Notes: generated by a model from the sequence alone, not told the origin. 64,000 nt of DNA from a virus (IMGVR_UViG_3300026549_000895:160001-224000); one strand, 5' to 3'. Positions 29,497 through 41,200 are shown, counted from the stretch's first letter. Translations and numbers: made by a program.

Positions 29497-32448
29497 ATGA
29501 AGATTTATGATATGCTTTCATACCATCAGAACGAGGTCCCTGAAATTGCAAAGACAAGACTGTCTGGAATCATTTCCTTCTTAAAAGAAAAGAATCTTCT
29601 TGTGAATGATAACGTCAATCTGGCCTCGAGTCAGATTGACGAAACCATTCTGAATGAGAAGGGTAAAGCTTTTCTTGATACTGCAATGGAAGTTGTCAGA
29701 AATATAAAGGTTGACGAGTTAAGATCAACTCTTGACAAACTCTATGATCAGTTCCAGCGTGCATATGGTAAGAACATTATGGAGAATGCAATCGTTGCCG
29801 AAGCTTCTTATTTTTCTAATATAGAAACTGCCATCAAATCAATCAACGATTATTTCTCTTCTGATTTTAAGAATCAGAACTTTCCGATGCTGAATGATGA
29901 CTTTGAACTTGATTCAAATATTCAATCATTCATCAATACATTCAAGAAGATTCCTCCGACTTGGATATCCAATCCGGATGAAATCGAGAACGCTATAAGT
30001 GTAATTCTTGAAGAGCATGAAAAGAATACATCTGAGCAGTCTACTTATTCAAAGCTCGTTGCTGAGAATAAGACTGAGATTGTTGATCTGATTGAATCTT
30101 TCATTGCTTATAAGAAGCTTCAGTTCATAGCTGATAACTTCGATGACTTCCAGAATATAATTCAGGGAATTTATTCACTTAAGATTTTCACAAATCCTAT
30201 GGATTTCAAAGAAGCTATTCAGAAGATGCAGACAGTTAGCATTGATGAAATATCTGATATATTCGAAGAGGATGAGATAGATCCTTCTATCATAACTCCT
30301 ACAAGAATTGCAAATTCTGTATTCGATAATAACAATCAGATTACTCTTCCTTCTTCTCTTATCAAGGAAGATGAAATCAAACGTATGAATGATTTCCGTC
30401 CTCTTCAGATGGATATCGTAATAAACGATGTTCCTGTTGATGAATACTATGTTCAGGAAGCAGCGGAAGTCAATTACTTCAAGGAAATAAAACCTGTCGA
30501 CATCAAGTACAACGCTGGTTCAGACAGATTTGAAATTTCCAAACAACTCAAATCTCAAATCAAGAATTTGATTTCCGGAATCGAAGCTTGCAATACAACA
30601 GAGGATCTTAATAAATTCTTCTCTGAATATGGAGATCCTTCTGATATGATTAAGACCAATTTCCCATTCCTCCTCAGTAAAGTATTCTGGAATAAGAAGA
30701 AATACACTAAGGAGATTGAGGAAAAGAAGATTCTTCAGGATTACATTGGATCTTATTCATCTATCGCAAACAAGAACAAGGGTGCAAGAAGATTCATTTC
30801 ATATGATCTTTACACATTATTCAAGACAGACAAGGAAGGAACAATTCAGTTCTTGAAGGATTTCCTGTATCTTGATCTGTATAACAACAAGGAAGTTGTT
30901 ATCTCTAATAATGTAGCTCTTGCTATATTCAACATCTTCGATTCTCATATCTATTTCGATATTCTTTATAATGTATCCGGAAAGTCTGATGTGACTAATT
31001 CCGAATTCATCAAAGAATCCAGAAAGAGAATCAATAAGAATTCTCATGAAGCGAAGCCTTACGACAACGGCGAGAATGAAACAAAACCGAAGAAGGAAAC
31101 TTCCAAAGAGATTCATGAATACGCTGTTGCACGTTTCAATGCAATGGGAGATATTGACATTGCAGATATGCAATACTGCGAAGGATACAGAGACATCCTC
31201 ATGGATGAAATTCTTTGCTTTGAAGATGCTGCTTACAATGCAAATCTGTCACAGCAGGCTATTACAAAATACATCGGTGAATCATATGACGTTGTACAGG
31301 AAGTAATTCAGGGAGTTATTCCTGATTACATGCAGAACAGAATAGCTGTTTCTGATGAAGAGAATGGTGGTCATAATGAACCTAACATTCAGCCTGTAGA
31401 TCTTCCTCCGGATATTCCTACAAATCCGATTGATGAACTTGCTGGTTCAATCAATGCTAAACTCGATATCGATGGTGACATCGAACAGAAGCTTGGTACT
31501 GGATATGAGAATAATCCGAACAGAGACAGGAATGCTTCTCACGTTGTTTACAATATTACGAACAACTACAACAATTCCTTCAATAAACATTCGGATTCTC
31601 ATAATACAACTTCTTACGATCTTTCTTCTAATAAGAGAGATTCACACAACACTGTATATGATCTTTCGTCAAAAACTAATGCGAAGGATTCATACAATAA
31701 AAATGTTCCGATTCGTCGAACAAAGAACAACACTAAAGGTAATGTATCATCATCTGGAATAAACAGTGAAAAGAACGGTGGACACGATGATTTAGTCAAA
31801 CTCGAATCAGGTTTGTCTGTTCAGGAAATGTTCGCTTTTCTCGAAGCTGCAGAGCCCCAAACCAATGAAGATACATCAGCGACACCGAACAAAGCAAAAC
31901 CTCCAAAGGATGATGCTTTGACAAAAGCTATGGACAAAGATCGTGAAACTCTGGCTAAGCAAGAGGAAGCGAAAAAGAAAGTCCAGAAGGCTGTCAACAC
32001 AGGACGCGCTATCAAGAAACCTTTCACTCGCACAAAGAAGTGGTTGATCAAAATGGTTGACTCGTGCATTGAAAGAGATGAGAATGCTGTTAAGGCACAA
32101 ATCATCGAAAGTAAATCTTATCGCACAGCTCTTTACAAAGCAACACGCTTGGCATTGAAGCTTGGTCTTACAGCTATAGCATTTACTATTTCAGGATATC
32201 TTGGAGCGGCTTACCTCGTAATTCAAGGTGCAAAACTTGCCGACCGCGAAAGACTTCGCAAAGAAGTTGGAGAAGAGTTCGGTACTGAGATCGAAATTCT
32301 CAATAAGAAGATCGAGCAAGCTGAAAGAGAGAATACTCCTGAATCTCGTAAGCAAATGTATCAGATGATAAGAATGCGTAATAAGATGATTCGAATAGCA
32401 AGTTCGGCATCAAAGAGCCATTTCGCAAGACCTAACAATGTTTCGTAA
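29497..32448 (+). CDS. Large inner-head/ejection protein
   Basis: Sites VAEAS, YVQEA, IGES and FLEAA; DSHN repeats; hydrophobic hairpin near the C-terminus; lies between the protease and capsid genes. Confidence 0.55.
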   Translation: MKIYDMLSYHQNEVPEIAKTRLSGIISFLKEKNLLVNDNVNLASSQIDETILNEKGKAFLDTAMEVVRNIKVDELRSTLDKLYDQFQRAYGKNIMENAIVAEASYFSNIETAIKSINDYFSSDFKNQNFPMLNDDFELDSNIQSFINTFKKIPPTWISNPDEIENAISVILEEHEKNTSEQSTYSKLVAENKTEIVDLIESFIAYKKLQFIADNFDDFQNIIQGIYSLKIFTNPMDFKEAIQKMQTVSIDEISDIFEEDEIDPSIITPTRIANSVFDNNNQITLPSSLIKEDEIKRMNDFRPLQMDIVINDVPVDEYYVQEAAEVNYFKEIKPVDIKYNAGSDRFEISKQLKSQIKNLISGIEACNTTEDLNKFFSEYGDPSDMIKTNFPFLLSKVFWNKKKYTKEIEEKKILQDYIGSYSSIANKNKGARRFISYDLYTLFKTDKEGTIQFLKDFLYLDLYNNKEVVISNNVALAIFNIFDSHIYFDILYNVSGKSDVTNSEFIKESRKRINKNSHEAKPYDNGENETKPKKETSKEIHEYAVARFNAMGDIDIADMQYCEGYRDILMDEILCFEDAAYNANLSQQAITKYIGESYDVVQEVIQGVIPDYMQNRIAVSDEENGGHNEPNIQPVDLPPDIPTNPIDELAGSINAKLDIDGDIEQKLGTGYENNPNRDRNASHVVYNITNNYNNSFNKHSDSHNTTSYDLSSNKRDSHNTVYDLSSKTNAKDSYNKNVPIRRTKNNTKGNVSSSGINSEKNGGHDDLVKLESGLSVQEMFAFLEAAEPQTNEDTSATPNKAKPPKDDALTKAMDKDRETLAKQEEAKKKVQKAVNTGRAIKKPFTRTKKWLIKMVDSCIERDENAVKAQIIESKSYRTALYKATRLALKLGLTAIAFTISGYLGAAYLVIQGAKLADRERLRKEVGEEFGTEIEILNKKIEQAERENTPESRKQMYQMIRMRNKMIRIASSASKSHFARPNNVS

Positions 32449-32465
32449 TAGAAAGGACGATTGTT

Positions 32466-33050
32466 ATGGATGACATTTTCCATTTCATTATGGAAGCAGA
32501 GGGTGATGACGAAGTAGCTTCGTTTGATGTTGGGGGCGAGGATACTTCTTCGCCACAAGTAGATGCATCTGGCGAAGAACAATCACCCGATGCTGACAGT
32601 CCACCACCTATGGCTGACGGAGGGGATGAAATTCCTGCCTTCGATGATTCTCAGGATATGGGTGGTGAAGAAGATTCCCTTGGTGATGGGGATCAAGAAA
32701 CGGAAGAAGAGAATCCTGATAAAAAGGATGGTAAACTTTCAGAGAAGGTAAGTAATATTCTGAATCAACAGTTATATTCTACTTTACTGAACAAAAATCT
32801 TGAAATTGAGAATACTATTAATAGTATAAACGATCTCAATTCAGCGCTTCCGTATGATATAATTAATAAAAATGAAGAGCCTCTTCGAAAGTTAAAAGCA
32901 GCTTTGTCCAGAGGACAGACATATGCAATCGATTCTTTCATCGATAATAAGTACGGAGAAAATAGAATGTTCTATCAAAAGTTAGATGCAGTCTATACTC
33001 TGTTACTGGATGAATTGAATACTAACTTGAAGAAGGTTCAGACAAATTAA
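32466..33050 (+). CDS. Acidic scaffold-like head protein
   Basis: FIMEA site, D/E-rich N-half and helical C-half; immediately upstream of the capsid gene. Confidence 0.5.
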   Translation: MDDIFHFIMEAEGDDEVASFDVGGEDTSSPQVDASGEEQSPDADSPPPMADGGDEIPAFDDSQDMGGEEDSLGDGDQETEEENPDKKDGKLSEKVSNILNQQLYSTLLNKNLEIENTINSINDLNSALPYDIINKNEEPLRKLKAALSRGQTYAIDSFIDNKYGENRMFYQKLDAVYTLLLDELNTNLKKVQTN

Positions 33051-33069
33051 ATCGAAAGGAATGATTTGA

Positions 33070-35166
33070 ATGGCATACAGCCGTACAAGAAATGGTGCTC
33101 CTTCATGGTATCAGGAAACTGCCGAGATACTCGACAAGTTCCCGAAGGAAGAGTACGAAGGTCTCAACTCCAATGAATTCGATCAGCGACTCGAAGACAC
33201 AGGAAAGTTCATCAAGGAACATTATGACATCGACATTCGTCAGGACTTCGGACGAATGATAAAGAACAAGCCTCTTATGGCCGACTACAAGCAGCAGTTC
33301 CTCAATCCTGTTCTTGATGCATACAGAAACTATCCTACTGACAATGCGGACGTTAAGTGTCACCTTGAGCAGGTTGCTAAGGAGCTCGAAGAGGCTTGGG
33401 ATCAGACTGTTGAAACCGGAGTTGTACAGGAGGCTTATACAACAGCTCAGTACCTCCCGCTTACTACAATGGACTATCCTGCTCTCGTAAAGCAGTTCAT
33501 CCGCTTCCTCGGTAAGGATCTTATTCCGATTCAGACTGCTAACAACACTACACTTGAGCAGCGTATCTTCACAAAGTACCTTGTAAACAATCAGACTGGT
33601 GAGGAGTACGAGGTTCCCCGTATTTACTTCGAGACTGATCCCGACGGCACTCCTGCTTGGAGAAAGATCTGGAATGCAGGTAAGGGCTGGAGATTCAACA
33701 ACCATACTGTTCTTCCTGTTGCTACTATTCAGGCTGCTACAAACAAGCAGTACAGCGTATACAACTGGATCCTCAACGATGCAGGTGAAGCTTCTACTCT
33801 TGCAACTGTATCAAAGCTTCCTGAGTTCAGAGCACGTGTTGCTTATGACTTCAAGATCAAGTATGTTCAGGTTACAACCGGCTCTGGTGCTTCTGCTGCG
33901 ACTAAGAAGGTTCGTCTCCCTGGCAACGGTGTTGAGATCGACATTCAGTCTGGTGGTAACTTCATCGGCGCCGTAATTACAGAGAACATGGTTCTTCCTG
34001 TAGTTACTGAGTGGATCGCTCCTACAAAGGAAGCTCCTAACCCTGACAACAGCAAGTTCAATATGCCTACTGGTGAGACCGTTACAGGTATCTCTGATAA
34101 GGTATCTGGTTTCATCGACTACACAAAAGGCAAGCTCACTGTTTCTACTTGTGGCGTAATCACAGGTGTATACATTGAGGGTCACGTATCTAACGAAACT
34201 AACACAAGAACAATCGGCTTCCGTGAGTATCCTGAAATCAGAAAGTTCACAATTTCTGATGGATGCCGCTTCCAGCTCCCGTTCACTGTAGAGGACTTCG
34301 CTGAGGCAAACAAGAACCTCAACTTCAACCTCTACAATCGTCAGGTTCAGCAGCTCGTTATGAACTCTGAGTTCTTCGAGGATCAGTCTATCCTTGATTA
34401 CCTCGATGCTAACTTCAAGGAGTACGACGGTTATGCTTCTGATGCATTCAACCTCGAGAGCTACAACCACACTGAGTTCGCTGATCTCGATCCTACTGCT
34501 ATTTCTCCTACATTCAGCGGTAACCCGTTCGAGTACAGAAGCGATGCTATTTACAACGCTACAGATTCTGTAATCTACGAGCTTTGCGACAGAGGCAAGC
34601 TTGACAACCTCGGATTCGTTGTATATGCAAATCCGAAGGCTTGCAGACTTCTCCAGAAGTATGTTTCTTGGACAACTACTAAGGGAACAGACATCGGCGG
34701 CGTTCAGATGAACCATGCATTCGGCATGATCAAGGATTCTTCTGTTCCGATCCGTGTTGTATCTTCTAACAGAGTACCTGCTTACATCACTCTTGATGCT
34801 ACAAAGGTATATGATGATGCTACAGCTGGTCAGCTTACAAAGGAATACTTCTTCAAGATCGTTGCTTACCCGATGGATAAGCACCACATCACATTCAAGC
34901 ACCTCCGTTTCGCTCGTCACCTTACTAACTCTCCTGAGAACGCTGCATATGCAGATGCTCAGAATCCGGGCGGCGCAGCTGTAATGGTTACAGTATCCAG
35001 CCAGTATGAGACAATCTCTATTCAGGGTATCCAGGGTCGTGTTATCTGCAAGAACACTAAGCTCGTTCCTGATACTCTTGCTGGTGTGTATACACCTACT
35101 AACAACAATCAGCAGAGCAGCGGCGGCCAGAACCAGGGTACCGACACAGGTAACGGTGGTAACTAA
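33070..35166 (+). CDS. Major capsid protein precursor
   Basis: 698 aa; strong high-expression-type codon bias; downstream of protease and scaffold-like genes; predicted maturation site VVQE/A; followed by a hairpin. Confidence 0.75.
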   Translation: MAYSRTRNGAPSWYQETAEILDKFPKEEYEGLNSNEFDQRLEDTGKFIKEHYDIDIRQDFGRMIKNKPLMADYKQQFLNPVLDAYRNYPTDNADVKCHLEQVAKELEEAWDQTVETGVVQEAYTTAQYLPLTTMDYPALVKQFIRFLGKDLIPIQTANNTTLEQRIFTKYLVNNQTGEEYEVPRIYFETDPDGTPAWRKIWNAGKGWRFNNHTVLPVATIQAATNKQYSVYNWILNDAGEASTLATVSKLPEFRARVAYDFKIKYVQVTTGSGASAATKKVRLPGNGVEIDIQSGGNFIGAVITENMVLPVVTEWIAPTKEAPNPDNSKFNMPTGETVTGISDKVSGFIDYTKGKLTVSTCGVITGVYIEGHVSNETNTRTIGFREYPEIRKFTISDGCRFQLPFTVEDFAEANKNLNFNLYNRQVQQLVMNSEFFEDQSILDYLDANFKEYDGYASDAFNLESYNHTEFADLDPTAISPTFSGNPFEYRSDAIYNATDSVIYELCDRGKLDNLGFVVYANPKACRLLQKYVSWTTTKGTDIGGVQMNHAFGMIKDSSVPIRVVSSNRVPAYITLDATKVYDDATAGQLTKEYFFKIVAYPMDKHHITFKHLRFARHLTNSPENAAYADAQNPGGAAVMVTVSSQYETISIQGIQGRVICKNTKLVPDTLAGVYTPTNNNQQSSGGQNQGTDTGNGGN

Positions 35167-35244
35167 CAACGGCGGTACAGGCTGATGAGTCTGAAATAAT
35201 ACAATAATAAATATTGTGTCTCTCTTTCTGTCTATTAATTACAT

Positions 35245-35270
35245 TATCCCCCGGCTTAAGCCGGGGGATA
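35245..35270. terminator. GC hairpin between convergent genes
   Basis: Perfect palindrome TATCCCCCGGCTTAAGCCGGGGGATA. Confidence 0.75.
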
Positions 35271-35278
35271 CTTGTAAT

Positions 35279-35740
35279 TTACTGTACAACAAAATCCATG
35301 CTTTCTATGACAGCTGCTACTTTCATGATGATATATTTACGATCAACATTTGGATATGTCATGCAAACTGCAATAACGATTTCATCAAATTCTGTTTTTG
35401 GAACTATATTTCTATCTTGATTCATTTTTATATGCAAATTAACATGTTCCGCAATTGTTTCTGTTATCATCTTTGAAAGCTGTGGTAATGGCATAATTTG
35501 TTCCTTAGATTTTTCTTCAATGTATTCTAAGGATTTAGTCACACTCGTTTGTAATGTTTCGGCACAGTCGGTGATACTTAACGTATTCTCATCAACTTCG
35601 TTTTTCATCAGATGAATATTATAACTCATTTGACTGATTTTGATTGTCAATACATTCAATCTCCAGATGAAAGTAATAAGAAGGATTGAGAAGAATGCAA
35701 AGACAGCGATTGCAATACATAATAGGGTAAATAAATTCAT
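35279..35740 (-). CDS. Membrane-anchored hypothetical protein
   Basis: N-terminal hydrophobic helix followed by a coiled-coil-like region; RBS AAGGAG. Confidence 0.6.
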   Translation of the reverse strand: MNLFTLLCIAIAVFAFFSILLITFIWRLNVLTIKISQMSYNIHLMKNEVDENTLSITDCAETLQTSVTKSLEYIEEKSKEQIMPLPQLSKMITETIAEHVNLHIKMNQDRNIVPKTEFDEIVIAVCMTYPNVDRKYIIMKVAAVIESMDFVVQ

Positions 35741-35779
35741 AACAAAGACTCCTTTAAATAAAAATTTATGTACGAATAG

Positions 35780-36799
35780 GTGGTATGTATTATGTCTTTA
35801 ATGAAGAATATTATAACAAACATACTTTCCCAAAGGAAGTATGATTTCTTGACAGAGTTCTGTCACAAATGTTTTGAAGATAAAAAGGAATCTATCTTCG
35901 CATGTGAATATGCTGGAGAAGATATCAGAGTTTTCGTTGATAAGGAAGACAACATTCATATGATGATGCCTTCTGTATATAATGAAAGTGCTGTATCTGA
36001 ATTCATCAGTTCTGAAAACATTTTCTCTTTCGCAAATGAATTGAATAACAAGGCTCGTTACATTGTCGAAACATGCGTACCTTGTAAAGCAATGATGAAC
36101 AAACATGGACATCATCCGAAGTCCTTGCAGGTAATACTTACTCTGAATCTTGGTAAGTGTGATAAGGAATGCAATCCTTGTTGTGGAGACATTGATGAAA
36201 CAGATGTTGGTAATTTCTGTTCAATGAAGGATGCATTGGTTGATGCATACAACAATTGCGAAGTCAAGGATAACTACTACAAGGATATCAATTCTATCGT
36301 TGGTCAACATTCCGGAATAGAACGTAAAGACATGATAGACAATGATTTGAGAATGAACATGCATAATCTTCAGGATGATATTTCAAAACTTGTTGATCTT
36401 GAGATGGATGACGCTCTTGACGACGATGATGTTTATCCGGATGAAGAAATCGATGATGTTGATAAAGATGTCAAACTCGAGTTCTTCTCAAAGCGTCCTA
36501 AGAAGTTGAAACCTTTCCCTGCTGATTTGATTCCGTATATCACTGTGGAAATGAATGATATAAAGGATGCAAATGATCAGGCTATGTTGTGTGGTTACAC
36601 ATCTTCAAAGATTGAGCTATGCGATTTCTATATAACATGCATCGATACAAATGATTCACGTTACATAGTACCTCACACTCGTCAATATCTTGTTAACTTG
36701 AATAAACAACTGAACGATTTGCTGACTCGTATTTTACAGATAAAGCCAGTCAATAGAACTGCAACAATGTGGAAAGTCAACTATCCAGATGCAACATAA
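35780..36799 (+). CDS. Putative head protein
   Basis: Cys-rich N-part, acidic linker, VKLE site before a basic C-terminal domain. Confidence 0.45.
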   Translation: MVCIMSLMKNIITNILSQRKYDFLTEFCHKCFEDKKESIFACEYAGEDIRVFVDKEDNIHMMMPSVYNESAVSEFISSENIFSFANELNNKARYIVETCVPCKAMMNKHGHHPKSLQVILTLNLGKCDKECNPCCGDIDETDVGNFCSMKDALVDAYNNCEVKDNYYKDINSIVGQHSGIERKDMIDNDLRMNMHNLQDDISKLVDLEMDDALDDDDVYPDEEIDDVDKDVKLEFFSKRPKKLKPFPADLIPYITVEMNDIKDANDQAMLCGYTSSKIELCDFYITCIDTNDSRYIVPHTRQYLVNLNKQLNDLLTRILQIKPVNRTATMWKVNYPDAT

Positions 36800-36817
36800 T
36801 AAAAGGAGGATATTATC

Positions 36818-37399
36818 ATGAAATACAAATCTGATGAAATAAGTGAATTCATTGCTGCTATGCAGGATGAAATTATAGCCGCTTCTGATGCATATGTCAA
36901 TATCGCTGACAAATACAACAAGAAGTTCAAGATTCTTGACTATACCAAGATTCTTAATTTGATTACTCAGTATATGCGTCAATACGTTACTTATCTTCAT
37001 ACTGAAAAGGATAAGTATAAGGATAGAATCCTTGGCTTGACTCAGGCTTTCTATGATTCATTATTCAAGAAAGAAGAGTATAAGAAGGAAGTATCTATTC
37101 AGGAATTCAAAGATGAAATAGATGCTTTCATCGATGGCACTAAGGGATTTCAGACTGTCATAAAGGAAATTGAACATCAATGTTGTTGTGATTGTGCAAT
37201 GGCTAAAGAATGCGAACACATGGTGACTATTTCCGTTAATGAATATCTCAAGATTGGAAGGGTGTTCCGTACTGATTTGAATCTTTACAATTCCATTCGT
37301 AAATCAGGTTCCAAAGTTTACAACGAACCTTTCACTTCTGAACAATCTTATGTATTCTCTAATGAAGAGACTCCTTGTATGCATATTGTGAAAGGATGA
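36818..37399 (+). CDS. Hypothetical protein
   Basis: RBS AAGGAG; 193 aa. Confidence 0.6.
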   Translation: MKYKSDEISEFIAAMQDEIIAASDAYVNIADKYNKKFKILDYTKILNLITQYMRQYVTYLHTEKDKYKDRILGLTQAFYDSLFKKEEYKKEVSIQEFKDEIDAFIDGTKGFQTVIKEIEHQCCCDCAMAKECEHMVTISVNEYLKIGRVFRTDLNLYNSIRKSGSKVYNEPFTSEQSYVFSNEETPCMHIVKG

Positions 37400-37405
37400 T
37401 GACAT

Positions 37406-38167
37406 ATGAATTTGTCAACAGCTGTAACTGATATCAAGAATGAACTCGGCTTACAAACAATTGCATTACCTTTCAAAGAACCTGTTGAAAATGTCATTCG
37501 TGACTATATGCAACGTTCAATCAGAACATGGTCACGTCTGAAACCTTGTCTGAAGGATGGCTATCAGATAAGACAGAATCTTCGTCCAGCGGGTTCTGAT
37601 GGTGAGTTGTTAGGAATCTATTACATTCCTGAATTCTTATTGACCACTAAAGTATCATATGCTGATGCATATTTAGCGGAAGCATATGTGACTGATGGTA
37701 ACAAATCTAATCTTAACACTTTCACAGTTGGTTCACCTTTTGTTGGATTCGGTTCATATTATCCTCAGGATATTATAAATGCACAAATGACAGGTACTGC
37801 AATAAGCAAGTACATTTCCGAAACTTCAAGATTCCCTACCAGTGAATGGTTAGGATATAATAAGGTAATGTTGCATGACTTCCCTGACAACTGTCGTATT
37901 CGATTCGTTGTTAAATGTGAACATGAATTGAATGGAGAATCAATACCTGAATCACAAGTTGAATCTTTTATGAAACTTGCAAAACTTGATGTTCAAGTCT
38001 CTCTTTATAATACTATAAAGAACATGACTGGACTTGGTTCTGGTTTTAAAGAGATCCAAATGAAAATTGAAGAGTGGTCTGGTTGTTCTGACAAACTTGA
38101 TCAATTGTTGGAAAAGTGGGAAGGTAGATTCCATTTAGATGATCATGACTTGATTCAATTCTTTTAA
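37406..38167 (+). CDS. Putative neck/head-completion structural protein
   Basis: Position between the head genes and tape measure; IKNELG N-terminal pattern. Confidence 0.35.
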   Translation: MNLSTAVTDIKNELGLQTIALPFKEPVENVIRDYMQRSIRTWSRLKPCLKDGYQIRQNLRPAGSDGELLGIYYIPEFLLTTKVSYADAYLAEAYVTDGNKSNLNTFTVGSPFVGFGSYYPQDIINAQMTGTAISKYISETSRFPTSEWLGYNKVMLHDFPDNCRIRFVVKCEHELNGESIPESQVESFMKLAKLDVQVSLYNTIKNMTGLGSGFKEIQMKIEEWSGCSDKLDQLLEKWEGRFHLDDHDLIQFF

Positions 38168-38181
38168 TTGATTATCCACAA

Positions 38182-38209
38182 AACACACGGGGTATCAACC
38201 CCGTGTGTT
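38182..38209. terminator. Hairpin between genes
   Basis: AACACACGGGGT-ATCA-ACCCCGTGTGTT. Confidence 0.65.
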
Positions 38210-38235
38210 AATTATTAATACGAAAGGAGAGATGC

Positions 38236-41200
38236 TTGATGTCAATGTTTGATTTTGTGAAAAGATCAAATCAATTAATGTTCGGAGCTGCAAAAGAATC
38301 ACTGACTGACTATACTCGTGATTTGTCCGAATTGGGTAATGCAGCAAATCAGGTTCGTGAGAAGTTATCTTCTGGAACACGATCTGCTCGTGATACCATG
38401 AACAATTACAAATCAACGGGTATCGTTTCTGGAATATCGAACTGGTTCTATGGTAAAGAATTCGAACTTGGTGATTCAGATGAAATGTTATTTGATAGCC
38501 ACGAGTTCAATTCCGGTAATCCTGAATGGCAAGATAATGACTCAGAAGAAGCTCCTTCACCATTGACAAATTCATCTATGAAGGAACTCGTAAAAGGACA
38601 AGTTTCTTCAATGTATAAAATAGGCAGTAAACAAACAGAGGCTGGTATTGCAAATACAGCTGAGATTGTTTCTACTATGACAAAATCATCTGCAGAAATA
38701 ATAGCATCTATTAACAATGTAAATTCATCCTTGATTACCATTTCAGGAAAGCTTGATAGTCTCGTTGAGGCTATAAGACCTCCTCAGCAATCTCAATCTG
38801 GTTCAAACGACGGATGGTTTGATTCTAATGGTAGATTTACTGTCAGATCAATGATGCAAGGTTTAATGAACCCGAGTAATCTGAGTGGTAATGCTGGAAT
38901 GATTGGTTCTGTGGCTTCGATGTTGGCAGATCCCAATATGCGTAAAATGTTCTTGACTCCAGAGAATCTAATGTCAATGTTTGTCATGGATAATTTGAAG
39001 AAAAAGGACTTTGATGTTTTAGGCGGCCATAGTGTTGATTACTATGGAAAGAAATTCCAGACGACGATGCATAACATGATAGAAGAAACCATCGAGAAGC
39101 TTATGGAGAAAACTCCACTTGGTGATATGATGGGCAAAGAAAAATATAGAGGTAATCTTGGTAAGGTTGATAATCAATATACCAAAGAAGCCGCTGTATT
39201 TGATAAAGCTACTCGTCATTCTATCGTATCCATTATTCCTGAATATCTCAAGAAGATGACTGAAGCTATTACTGGTCAAAAGTGGAATATCAATGAGAGA
39301 GGTTATCTAACAACTAAAGAGCAAGCTAACCCATATTCTCGAATCGGAAATGTTCTACATAATGCTTCTTTGGATTATGAAGATTACAAACACTTATCAA
39401 AGATTGCTGAAGACAAAGGCTCCAAAATAAGTTCGTCTGAAATGGATGATGCACAGCGTGCATGGATTTGGGTTATTGTTCAATATGTAATCTATGACGA
39501 GGGTAGAGACAACATAACCGGAAAGGATATTCGTGACATGTTGATGTCTCCAAAATTAGATATGTATCTGGAACAAGCCGCTCAGATATATAATATTTCT
39601 TCTGGAAATAAATCCAAAAAGAAAGCAAAGAAAATCCTTAGAGATGTTCTCATGATGATATGCGAAGATCGACAATCTGCAACTTCACTGGCTGCGGCTG
39701 GTAACAAATACATGAAACAGGTTGAGCAAACGGCTCGAGATATATCTAATAATGATCCAACAGCTGGACAATATGTCGGTCAGTCATCGTTGAACTTTGA
39801 TACTACACTCAATAATTTCTTATCGAATCAGAAAGAAATCAATTATGCTCGTGAAAGAGCACGTTATGAACAAAAGCAGAGAGAAGAACTTAAAATCGAT
39901 GAACTTACCAAACTCAATAAGCATGCAGCAGAAGTTGAACTTAATAAAAGGATGAAAGCTTGGGAGAAAGCTAATCCATCATCCGAAAAGGAAGAAGAGG
40001 TTACTTCCAGAATCGGTCTTGGTGGTGGAAATGCCAAAGGAGGTTTTAATGATTTCATAAAAGAAATGAATCAATTCTCCAAAGGCATTTATGACATTCT
40101 CAAGAGCGGAGTTATCAATGTTAAAATTGTAACTGATGCAAATCCTCAAAACAACAATAATCAACAACGTTCAAAGAAAAAGCGTAGACGTCGCAAGAAG
40201 AAGACAAATAACAAAGGTTCTTCTGATGATAGTGGTGGTGACGCTGACGTCATAGAAGATGACGATGTCGTTGAAGAGGAAGAAACAACTTCCTCGACAA
40301 TAGATGGTATAGCATCTATTGTTCAAGCAAGAAATGAAGCAAATCCAATTCAGACATTTACAAACAACTTCGTTTCTGATGTTAAATCCAACGGTCTTGT
40401 TTCTACTGTTAAGAATAGACTTAACACTGGAAAAGAGATTGCAAAGGATAAATACGAAACTACTAAGAACACTTTGAAATTAGAATCTATTTCTGATAAG
40501 GTGAACGCTGAAGGTTCAAAAGTTTCAGAAATGGATAAACAAAGAGTTCAGATGGTAAACACTGCCTTACAGACTGCTATGCAGGATGGAGACGGTGTTG
40601 AGGATAAGTCCAAGATTCGTCGGTTGATTTCCAATATCGAAAATCAAGACTTGAAACAGGAAATGTCAAAAACAGCTGATTCTATTTTGACAAAGGAATC
40701 ATCTGATGATGACGAAAATGGTGGAAAACCTAAGTCTTTTATTGGAAGACTCATTGGCGGTATGGGTGGAAAACTTAAGACTGCATTTTCTTTTGTTTTG
40801 AAACCTGTAACAGCTCTTCTTTCTACAATCGGAAAGGGTCTTAAGGCTTATTGGGATTGGACTAAGAAGACATGGAAGTCCGGTCTTGAAGATGGTAAAC
40901 GTGGTGCTGGAAAAATAAAGAATGCTTTGTTCGGAGGAAAATCCGACAAGGGTTCTGAAGAAGGCACTGCAGAAGCATCATCTGGTGAGAAGAAATCTTC
41001 ATCTGGTGGATCTATGATGGATGACATTTCATCCATAAAGAAAACTTCATCTGATCTGGGTGGTAAATCAGAAGCTACCAAGAGCGGTGTGAAAACCAGT
41101 GGAGATAAAGCCGGTACTAAATCCGATGGCGGTGGAGGTAAAGCAAAACAACTTTTGAGTGGTGGTTTTGACATAGCTTCGATGGTAATGAAACTTGTCG

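Noticed and set aside
33811-35169. 452-aa antisense ORF (and 33103..33705) over the capsid gene
   Set aside because: Shadow frame produced by the strong codon bias of the capsid gene; no recognisable motifs
40165-40205. RSKKKRRRRKKK resembling a eukaryotic nuclear localisation signal
   Set aside because: It lies in a low-complexity linker of a phage tail protein; a generic basic patch explains it
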